Shown: positions 24,729-32,312 of the stretch, one piece after another
Numbering within the stretch: the stretch's first letter is position 1
Layout of the letters: each line of letters begins with the position of its first letter
Virus record (IMG/VR): IMGVR_UViG_3300042997_000825
Coordinates: 1-32,727 of that record
Length of the DNA stretch: 32,727 bases
Reading direction: 5' to 3' (one strand)
From: a virus
Taxonomy: Duplodnaviria > Caudoviricetes
The notes under the pieces: model-generated
Seen by the model: the letters and a program-made list of their open reading frames with translations, nothing else
Databases searched by the model: none
Told to the model about the DNA's origin: nothing
Program-made: the position numbers and the translations under genes

Positions 24729-26140
24729 ACTAAATGAGCAAGTTCTGGGAATATTGCCTTAGCGTCTGTACCACGTAAATTATCTAATCGTTGTATATAT
24801 TCTTTAAATGCAGGCAATTGATCAGTGTGATCTTCGCTATCCATAAAATCTAATACTGCCTTCCAGCGCGACCAACCATATGGATTCTTTTTCCAGAAGT
24901 CGTCGTCTTGTCTATAATGGGTAAACAACCAAATCTGCAATTCTTTAAATGCTTCTCGAACTTCTTGTTTATCTTTTTCTGGCAAGCATCTGATACTAAG
25001 ATATGTTGGTATGTACAACAGGTGCATGTTAAATAATCCGCCACCTGCTTCTGTACCATCTACAATATTCTGTAGGTTAATCTTTTTGAATTTTTGTGTA
25101 ACCTTCCACTTGGCAAAGTCTGGCAAATGTTTGATGTTTAATATCTGTATGGCAGTAGCTATGCTGACCTGTATGTTATCCGGTGTATCATCCAACCTAC
25201 GCAAATTAGCCATGATTTTACGCCAGCTCGAATCATATCTAATATATCGATTACGTTCACTAGTACCGTCGAGACTAAATCCTACCTTAACTTTTTTAAA
25301 TTTAGTCCACAACTCAATTATGGAATCATCAATTAAAAGACCATTGGTGTTATATCGAACAAGTATTTTATCAGCATACCCTTGTCTAATAATTTCTTCT
25401 AGGAACATTTTGTGCTCTTTAATTACTAAAGGTTCTCCCCCAGCAAAATATACTTGCTTAAGATTAGGTATTTGAGCATACATTTCTTTCCAGAAGTCTG
25501 GATTTTCATGCCACTTATTATTAAAAGTTGTGCTGTCCCATCTCATCTGTTCCTTTAATTCTTTTGCTTCAAATAAAGGATAGAGTTTTTTATGATCAGG
25601 AACCCATTGGCTGCTATCATGAGGACTACACATTACGCATTTTAAATTACATGTATGTCCTAAGCGTAGATCTAGATAAACTAATTTTTCTGGGATCGTT
25701 CCATCTTCTTGGGTTTGTTGAACTAGTTCTTCAACATCAATTCCATCCTGAATCCAAGAGCCTGTTTCCCACATACGCTTGCTGGCAACCCCTTTGCTTT
25801 CTTCATCATAGCATTTAGAACAGCTAGCAGGAATCTCTCCGTTGAGCATTGTGGTACGAACTGATTTCATGTACTCATTATTCCAAGCACTCATAGGCGT
25901 TTCACGACCAAAGTTTGCCGGTTCACCTTGCTCGTTACGTACTAATCCTATTGTGTGGTTCTCACCTGCTCCGCTGGCATTGGCTGAACAACATAATCTC
26001 ATATCACCATTAGGTCGAGTAGCGAAGTGTATCCATGGTAAAATACAGAACGTAGGACTTCCTGACAACGTTTCTACTTTTCGTTGCCATGATCCTAACT
26101 TAGTATCTTCTTTAGCATACCAAAAAATTTGATCAGTCAA
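24725..26140 (-). CDS. Radical SAM protein with N-terminal twitch domain, type A' (paralog of 19458..20726)
   Basis: FCILPW...NGDMRLCC...CSKC before CNLKCVMC; FAGGEP, YNTNG, FSLDG. Confidence 0.9.
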   Translation of the reverse strand: MTDQIFWYAKEDTKLGSWQRKVETLSGSPTFCILPWIHFATRPNGDMRLCCSANASGAGENHTIGLVRNEQGEPANFGRETPMSAWNNEYMKSVRTTMLNGEIPASCSKCYDEESKGVASKRMWETGSWIQDGIDVEELVQQTQEDGTIPEKLVYLDLRLGHTCNLKCVMCSPHDSSQWVPDHKKLYPLFEAKELKEQMRWDSTTFNNKWHENPDFWKEMYAQIPNLKQVYFAGGEPLVIKEHKMFLEEIIRQGYADKILVRYNTNGLLIDDSIIELWTKFKKVKVGFSLDGTSERNRYIRYDSSWRKIMANLRRLDDTPDNIQVSIATAIQILNIKHLPDFAKWKVTQKFKKINLQNIVDGTEAGGGLFNMHLLYIPTYLSIRCLPEKDKQEVREAFKELQIWLFTHYRQDDDFWKKNPYGWSRWKAVLDFMDSEDHTDQLPAFKEYIQRLDNLRGTDAKAIFPELAHLV

Positions 26141-27215
26141 AGTTAATCCTTTCTACAAATTGGTCTTTGGGTTTTGAGAACATATTCTCTTTAGTGTTAC
26201 CACAATTTTTAGCACATACTAACATTTTTTTCTTATGCCAATATGTGTCCCATATAGTTTTCCATTTTTTTGAATCTAATATTTCTTTTATTGACACCTT
26301 GTTAAGATCCAACGCATCTTGACCTCCTAGATCCAACAACCATTCACCTTGCTCTTTTACAGACTGTTGTTTGTAAGGATAGATTATGGTATCTGGTTTA
26401 TTGTATTGATACTGAGTTGACCCCATCCAACAGCACGGATATATATGTCCAAATGCATCAATATATAGTTCTTTATTTTGTTTAACTTGGCAATCTATTT
26501 CAACACTACTATACCAGGTATTAAATTGGTTGATTATATCCTTGTCTACAAATTTTACTGCGTTGTCTGTAGGAGGTTTAATATAATATTTTGTTTCACC
26601 GGTCTTATCATATACAGGGTAATCTGGTTCTAAAAATCTAATAGTGTTCTTTACTGTAAATGATTTAAATCCTACCTCATCTGCTATTTTTCGAGCATCG
26701 TCAACCTGATGTTGATTGTGTTCAAACTTGATATAAGCCCATTCAGCTATTCCGCCTGCCTGTATAAAAGCACGTGCATTACCAATAATCTTATTCCAAT
26801 CTGTACCTATACGATATAGATGATGAGTATCAACCAATCCGTCGATACCAAAAATAACCACATGATTCTTAGGCATTACTTTAGCTAATTTTTTCCACCA
26901 TTCCTCGGACCGCAAGCTACCGTTAGTGTGTATACGGACAAGTATGTCGCTATTATCTCTCACATATTCGCACATTTCTAAGAGATTATTGTTTACTAAT
27001 GGATCTCCAAAATTGCCACAAAAGTAGAGATGTTCAATTTGGGCTAGAACTTCTTTGTTAATGATTTTTTTAAAATCGTCTAGAGACCAATCCTTTAATT
27101 TGATCAAAGGATTAGGTAGGCCACCGTGATCGTTTCTAGCACACATAGGACAACTGGCTTGACAGTTATTAGTGATCTCTAGATGTATGCTTTTTAGGTC
27201 GTGAAATCTGAACAT
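26133..27215 (-). CDS. Radical SAM/SPASM-twitch protein (type D)
   Basis: CQASCPMC, GNFGDP, HTNG, FGIDG; IDC..LYIDAFGHIYPCC..CAKNC. Confidence 0.9.
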   Translation of the reverse strand: MFRFHDLKSIHLEITNNCQASCPMCARNDHGGLPNPLIKLKDWSLDDFKKIINKEVLAQIEHLYFCGNFGDPLVNNNLLEMCEYVRDNSDILVRIHTNGSLRSEEWWKKLAKVMPKNHVVIFGIDGLVDTHHLYRIGTDWNKIIGNARAFIQAGGIAEWAYIKFEHNQHQVDDARKIADEVGFKSFTVKNTIRFLEPDYPVYDKTGETKYYIKPPTDNAVKFVDKDIINQFNTWYSSVEIDCQVKQNKELYIDAFGHIYPCCWMGSTQYQYNKPDTIIYPYKQQSVKEQGEWLLDLGGQDALDLNKVSIKEILDSKKWKTIWDTYWHKKKMLVCAKNCGNTKENMFSKPKDQFVERINFD

Positions 27216-27302
27216 ACTCTATATATCTGTTTGACCAGTGGTCTAGAAATAATTCTATGCGTATTCTATATCTGGTAACTAGAAAAGGAAATAAATAGTA
27301 TA
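27216..27302. promoter_or_regulatory. Divergent promoter region with late-type boxes
   Basis: AATAAATA (plus, 27290-27297) 5 nt before ATG 27303; GATATATA (minus, 27220-27227) 4 nt before ATG 27215. Confidence 0.5.
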
Positions 27303-28619
27303 ATGCTTCCATATACTCAACCTATTTCCAAATTTATTCCATTTAATATTGACGATCTTATCGACAAGTCTAAGATTGAAATATTAACAGAATCCCCAGC
27401 CAGCGATAACTTTGTACATAAAACAAAATTAAGTCCTGAAGTGCTTAATCCAGAATTCTTAAAATGGTTACAATCTCTTGATCTAGATGTAGAAAGTGTT
27501 GTTGTTTGGCACTGGTTAGCATTAGATCCTCATATTGCACACATTGACTGTGACGAAACCGGAGTGACGAAAACAACCTGTGCAATTAATTGGACTTTAA
27601 CTGAATCCGGTAGTAAAGTAAATTTTTACAATATGCCTAACGTAGATAAAACCGTTATGTACGGAAACGAGGCGGCTGCAGATTGGGTCACTCCACACGT
27701 CACTGCTTATATTCCGGTAGATGTTAAAGGAATCAAACCTATAGATGATTGGTCTGATCAAGGTCCCTGTTTAATTAATATTAGTGTACCTCACATGGTT
27801 GTTGCACCTGAAATGAGAATCTCAGTTTCTTTACAATTTGCAAAACCTTGGGACTTTGAATCAGTATTAGAAAAATTATCTAATCATAAATTTCGATTAG
27901 TTCAGCATAAGCAACACAATCCATTGGCCAGTCAACTAACTGATTGTTTGTTTGATTATCCTATCGTAGACACCGGGTGGATTATTAAGAAATGGTTCAA
28001 AGTTGATTTTGAAAGATTAAAATCCTGGCATAAAGAAACTATGGAACGCTATAGCGATTGGGTTTGGAGATACGGCACACACAAATATATGTGGAAGTAC
28101 GATCCTCAAGAAACTTTAAAAGATTGTTTTCAACCAGACACCGGATGGTTAATGCTTACCTGGGGAGATGATCGAGAAGGTCCTGTTCCTTGGTTGCGTA
28201 CTATCACCAAAGATGAGTATAACACCACGATGCCTGAGAATAGAGCCGATCATGGTCAGAAATTAGGAGCCAGAGAATGTTGTTTTGGATACGGTTTAGA
28301 AATCTTTGAGAACATGCCTATCCCACCACACGACCTACAGTTTTCTATTCACACACCAAAAACAAAATTACCTCCTCATCAAGACGAACCTGATAAGATT
28401 AGATTCCATATAGCTGTAGAAACTAATCCAGATGCTAAATTTATTATTAACGGAATAGAAACCCATATTCCAGCCGATGGATGGTGTTATCTTGTTAATA
28501 CTACATATCTACACTCAACCGATAATAGAGGTACTACAGATCGAGTACACATATATGGAGATGTATGGATGCACGATGTAGTAACTTTAGATCTCAGCAA
28601 CTGCGAAACTATTCTATAA
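27303..28619 (+). CDS. Two-domain cupin oxygenase (N-terminal cupin + C-terminal Asp/Asn-hydroxylase-like), copy 1
   Basis: HIAHID...PHMV...RISVS and LPPHQD..RFHI...HSTDNRGTTDRVHI. Confidence 0.8.
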   Translation: MLPYTQPISKFIPFNIDDLIDKSKIEILTESPASDNFVHKTKLSPEVLNPEFLKWLQSLDLDVESVVVWHWLALDPHIAHIDCDETGVTKTTCAINWTLTESGSKVNFYNMPNVDKTVMYGNEAAADWVTPHVTAYIPVDVKGIKPIDDWSDQGPCLINISVPHMVVAPEMRISVSLQFAKPWDFESVLEKLSNHKFRLVQHKQHNPLASQLTDCLFDYPIVDTGWIIKKWFKVDFERLKSWHKETMERYSDWVWRYGTHKYMWKYDPQETLKDCFQPDTGWLMLTWGDDREGPVPWLRTITKDEYNTTMPENRADHGQKLGARECCFGYGLEIFENMPIPPHDLQFSIHTPKTKLPPHQDEPDKIRFHIAVETNPDAKFIINGIETHIPADGWCYLVNTTYLHSTDNRGTTDRVHIYGDVWMHDVVTLDLSNCETIL

Positions 28620-28624
28620 TGTTT
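28582..28624 (+). repeat. 43-nt perfect direct repeat, partner at 30025..30067
   Basis: TAACTTTAGATCTCAGCAACTGCGAAACTATTCTATAATGTTT at both positions. Confidence 0.9.
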
Positions 28625-28661
28625 TACGTAAAGATTTAGAGTAGTGAAATATTGTATATAG
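28619..28661 (+). pseudogene. Collapsed relic of the 30062..30604 and 30604..31182 genes
   Basis: ATGTT then TTA CGT AAA GAT TTA GAG TAG (LRKDLE*) and GTG AAA TAT TGT ATA (MKYCI), matching LRKDLE*/MEYCV at 30584-30618. Confidence 0.8.
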
Positions 28662-28745
28662 TTGTTGGTTATTAGTTCACTATAATAAAACATTCGTTAA
28701 CTGGTCAATAAATACTATTATATAGTTTTATGTGATGAATAACCT

Positions 28746-30062
28746 ATGCTACCGTACACACAAAATGTTTCAACATTAATTCCATTTGATGTTAATAATT
28801 TAATCGATAAAACTAAGATCGATATATTAACAGCAGTGCCTGTTGTTGATAATTTCGTACATAAAGCTAAACTAAGTCCAGAAGTACTTAATCCAGAATT
28901 CTTAAAATGGTTGCAGGATCGCGATCTCAATGTTCAAAATGTTGTTATTTGGCATTGGCTCGCGTTAGATCCACATATTGCACATATCGATTGTAATGGG
29001 GAAGGTGAAATACTGCCGGCTGCTGTTAATTGGACGTTAACGTATAATAAGAGTCAGGTACAATTTTACAATATGCCCGGTGTTGATAAAACAGTCATGT
29101 ATGGTAATGAAGCATCTACCGATTGGGTTACTCCTAATGTTACCGCCTACATTCCCGTAGACGTAAAAGGAATCACTCCTGCAGACATTTGGGATGATCA
29201 AGGTCCTTGTGTGATCAATACCAGTGTACCGCATATCATTGTTGCTCCTGAAATACGTACATCTGCATCGTTGCAGTTTATAGAACCATGGGACTTTGAA
29301 ACTATCTTAAAGAAATTATCCAATGCAGATATTAAGGTTATCACAGATAATCAAAGTAATCCATTGTCTGAAACATTAGATGACTGTGTGTTTGATTATC
29401 CTGTTGTAGACACAGGGTGGGTCATTAAACGGTGGTTTAAAATTGACCTTGAAAGACTGCGAGATTGGCATAAAGAAACTATGGAACGATACAGTGATTG
29501 GGTCTGGAGATACGGCACACACAAGTACATGTGGAAAAATGATCCTAATGAAAAATTAGAAAAACCTGGTGCAATGCCAGACACTGGATGGTTAATGCTT
29601 ACCTGGGGTGACGATACCAAAGGACCAGTTCCTTGGCTACGGATCATTGCCAAAGACGAATACAATGCTGATATGCCTCAGAATAGAGTGGATCATTTTC
29701 AAGGGCTAGGAGCCAGAGAGTGTTGCTTTGGATACGGATTAGAAATATTTGAAAATATGCCTATACCTCCACATGATATACAAATAGCAATCCATACTCC
29801 AGGCACGGCATTGCCTGCGCATCAAGATGGGCACGATAAATTTAGATTTCATATAGCTATAGAAACCGATCCAGATGCTAAATTTACCATTGCTGGAAAA
29901 GAATTACATATTCCTGCCGATGGTTGGTGTTATATTGTTAATACCACACATCTACATTCAACTGACAACAGAAGCAACACAGATCGAATACACATTTACG
30001 GAAACATTTGGGTACACGATGTACTAACTTTAGATCTCAGCAACTGCGAAACTATTCTATAA
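28746..30062 (+). CDS. Two-domain cupin oxygenase, copy 2 (tandem paralog, same 438-aa length)
   Basis: Collinear with 27303..28619; HIAHID...PHII and LPAHQD...HSTDNRSNTDRIHI. Confidence 0.8.
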   Translation: MLPYTQNVSTLIPFDVNNLIDKTKIDILTAVPVVDNFVHKAKLSPEVLNPEFLKWLQDRDLNVQNVVIWHWLALDPHIAHIDCNGEGEILPAAVNWTLTYNKSQVQFYNMPGVDKTVMYGNEASTDWVTPNVTAYIPVDVKGITPADIWDDQGPCVINTSVPHIIVAPEIRTSASLQFIEPWDFETILKKLSNADIKVITDNQSNPLSETLDDCVFDYPVVDTGWVIKRWFKIDLERLRDWHKETMERYSDWVWRYGTHKYMWKNDPNEKLEKPGAMPDTGWLMLTWGDDTKGPVPWLRIIAKDEYNADMPQNRVDHFQGLGARECCFGYGLEIFENMPIPPHDIQIAIHTPGTALPAHQDGHDKFRFHIAIETDPDAKFTIAGKELHIPADGWCYIVNTTHLHSTDNRSNTDRIHIYGNIWVHDVLTLDLSNCETIL

Positions 30063-30604
30063 TGTTTACAACCGCCTTTCCTAAATTAAATCATCAACGA
30101 TTATTAGATAATTTTGAAACGATCCAAAAAGAATATCAAAATATTCCTTTAGATCAATATTATGATTATCCTTACAGCGATGACGGAATCGACGGTCTTT
30201 TAAAATGTCCAAAAAATACAGATTATTTTTGGCAGGTATATCCCCTGATGTATCTATACAAACCATGGAAAGATCGAAGTTCTCAAACTATTGATCTATT
30301 AATGGATCTAAATGTGCGTCCACTGTTAGCTACGTTTTCCATCCTACGTCCACATAGCAAAATAGACGAACATCAAGATCACGATGAAAGCGCAGTTGAT
30401 GATCATTCAACCACCGTGATAAAATATCATTTAACATTAGATACCCTTCCCGGAACAGGGTTAGTTGTTGGGGGTGTAGATCGTAGATTAAAAAATGGAG
30501 ACTTAAATATATTTGATGAGAGCACCGATCATTGGGCTTACAATAATACTAATTCTGTAAGAGGTGTTCTGATCATAAGTTTTTTACGCAAGGATCTCGA
30601 ATAA
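30062..30604 (+). CDS. Aspartyl/asparaginyl beta-hydroxylase (AspH/LpxO-like) domain protein (start corrected to 30062)
   Basis: TAATG overlap; FSILRPHSKIDEHQD..KYHLTL..IFDESTDHWAYN..RGVLII. Confidence 0.88.
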   Translation: MFTTAFPKLNHQRLLDNFETIQKEYQNIPLDQYYDYPYSDDGIDGLLKCPKNTDYFWQVYPLMYLYKPWKDRSSQTIDLLMDLNVRPLLATFSILRPHSKIDEHQDHDESAVDDHSTTVIKYHLTLDTLPGTGLVVGGVDRRLKNGDLNIFDESTDHWAYNNTNSVRGVLIISFLRKDLE

Positions 30605-31182
30605 TGGAATATTGTGTGGATTTAAATATTGGGATTGATTATATATTGAATGATCCTGATTATTTTTCTAAGCTGCCTGTTACCGACGAAGCTCCTGCTC
30701 AGTTTGTTATCCCCAAAGATGCTATTAGTCCGGAATTTTACAACTGGTTAAATGACAACAATCTTGAAATAGAACATTCGGAATTATTTTATTGTCCTCC
30801 AAATGGAAATATTTTCATGCATCTTGACGAGATAGATCCTCCCGATGCATGTAAAATGAATTGGGTATATGATCAAGGCGAAACATGGATGCGCTGGTTT
30901 AAACTTAAAGAAAACAAAGAACTACAATTAATGAAAAGTCCTATCGGCACAGACTATTGGGCCTGTGATCGACAAGATTGTACTCTAGATCATCAGCATC
31001 AAATCAGCAAACCTACAATAATTAATGCTAGCGAAATACACGATGTTATCAATCTTTCTGATCATAGAAGATTTTGTGTAAGTATCGTTGTTAGGGTTAT
31101 TGGTGAAAATAGAAGAATGGGCTATGGGAGATTGAAAGAATTACTCAAAGACTATATCAGTCCAGCGACCGTGTGTATCTAA
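30604..31182 (+). CDS. Cupin/2OG-Fe(II)-type oxygenase related to the N-domain of the 438-aa proteins
   Basis: SPEFYNWL, HLD, KMNW, PTIIN..IHDV..RFCVS. Confidence 0.7.
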   Translation: MEYCVDLNIGIDYILNDPDYFSKLPVTDEAPAQFVIPKDAISPEFYNWLNDNNLEIEHSELFYCPPNGNIFMHLDEIDPPDACKMNWVYDQGETWMRWFKLKENKELQLMKSPIGTDYWACDRQDCTLDHQHQISKPTIINASEIHDVINLSDHRRFCVSIVVRVIGENRRMGYGRLKELLKDYISPATVCI

Positions 31183-31716
31183 TTCCTCGTTAAATTTATT
31201 AACGTTAACCTTCCAGAAAGATTGTTCAGTATTTCTATAGAGATGTTTTCCTGCAAATTCTAATACACCTGTTGCCTCAAGTGCAGGACAAAATATTCTG
31301 TTAACCAATCGTTGTGATCCTACAGCATTTTCTGTGCTGGTGATATATAAATCGCCCCACGGTGGTGCCCAACTAATGCAGGCTGGTATTAAATATTGAG
31401 CTGTATAATTTTGATGATTGATAATTCCAGAAATAGTTCGTAAACTTGTAAGAGGTAATTCATCTGTTAATATACAAGTTCGAGCGCAGATACGATAAGC
31501 ATCTTCACCTAATTGTGGTAAATCTAAACTGTGTGCCGCAACACTACCTATAGCTTTGTTGTCATAATATAAGATCCAGGTTTGTTTATGTCTTTCATTG
31601 TCAAAACAATCAACCAACATTTTTTGTGTGCTATTGTTCTTAAAACCTTTAGCCTCAGCCTTGATATAAAATTCTGTTAGATCTAAATCTAAAGACCACG
31701 GAACCATCTTAAACAT
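31141..31716 (-). CDS. GNAT-fold-like hypothetical protein
   Basis: WILYYDNKAIGSVAAH...YRICARTCIL resembles GNAT strands b2-b4; acetyl-CoA motif not evident. Confidence 0.5.
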   Translation of the reverse strand: MFKMVPWSLDLDLTEFYIKAEAKGFKNNSTQKMLVDCFDNERHKQTWILYYDNKAIGSVAAHSLDLPQLGEDAYRICARTCILTDELPLTSLRTISGIINHQNYTAQYLIPACISWAPPWGDLYITSTENAVGSQRLVNRIFCPALEATGVLEFAGKHLYRNTEQSFWKVNVNKFNEELDTHGRWTDIVFE

Positions 31717-32311
31717 TTTTCTTTCCTATGATCATCCAACGTGTATACAACTGTGTTTCAAGATGTCCTGACCAAATGACATCAAGGCCGCTTTGTTGTT
31801 TAAACTCTTCTAGATCTTTAGCAGTTCTAACATGTTCGGGTATGTCGTAGTTGTTGCTTTGCAGAACAAACAGCGAGTTAGGTTGTAATGCCAACCAAGT
31901 ATTGTATTGTTCTTGTGTGATATGTTCACAACTGGTGTTAATGATAATATCAGCATTACTTTTGAAACTGCACATATCAGCTGTAATGGCCTTAAACTTG
32001 TTACCTTCGTATTCTATTTGATTCATTGTGTTAGCAACAGCTTCACATTCCGGATCAATATCGATACTATTAATATGATCAATATACATACCGCTCTGAA
32101 ATAGCATACTTGCCAAGGTTCCAACCCAACCGCCATGAATATCTATAGTAGGCCATGATTTGACATTGCCACGCTGGCGTTTAAGTTCGTTCACCAGCCA
32201 AGATTTGCTCTTCATTTGACCCGCCCAAAATGCGTCCATGGTACGCATAGGATCAGAACTTTGTCGAACCGCACGCATCCAATGGTGAAAATGATTTAGG
32301 TCTAGTTGCAT
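31709..32311 (-). CDS. Class I SAM-dependent methyltransferase-like protein
   Basis: IDIHGGWVG (motif I), SIDIDP (motif II), ADM, DIIINTSCEH. Confidence 0.8.
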   Translation of the reverse strand: MQLDLNHFHHWMRAVRQSSDPMRTMDAFWAGQMKSKSWLVNELKRQRGNVKSWPTIDIHGGWVGTLASMLFQSGMYIDHINSIDIDPECEAVANTMNQIEYEGNKFKAITADMCSFKSNADIIINTSCEHITQEQYNTWLALQPNSLFVLQSNNYDIPEHVRTAKDLEEFKQQSGLDVIWSGHLETQLYTRWMIIGKKNV

Positions 32312-32312
32312 T

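Noticed and set aside
27231-28708. TTGACCAGT (27231) / ACTGGTCAA (28700) inverted 9-mer as IS ends or an operator
   Set aside because: Only 9 bp, with no transposase or target duplication; could be chance or a weak promoter element
1635-32104. Short antisense or alternate-frame ORFs (e.g. 1635-1868, 2357-2641, 7435-7659, 10542-10763, 16254-16613, 25011-25475, 28718-28930, 31907-32104)
   Set aside because: They lie within or opposite well-supported genes and show no recognisable motif; shadow ORFs
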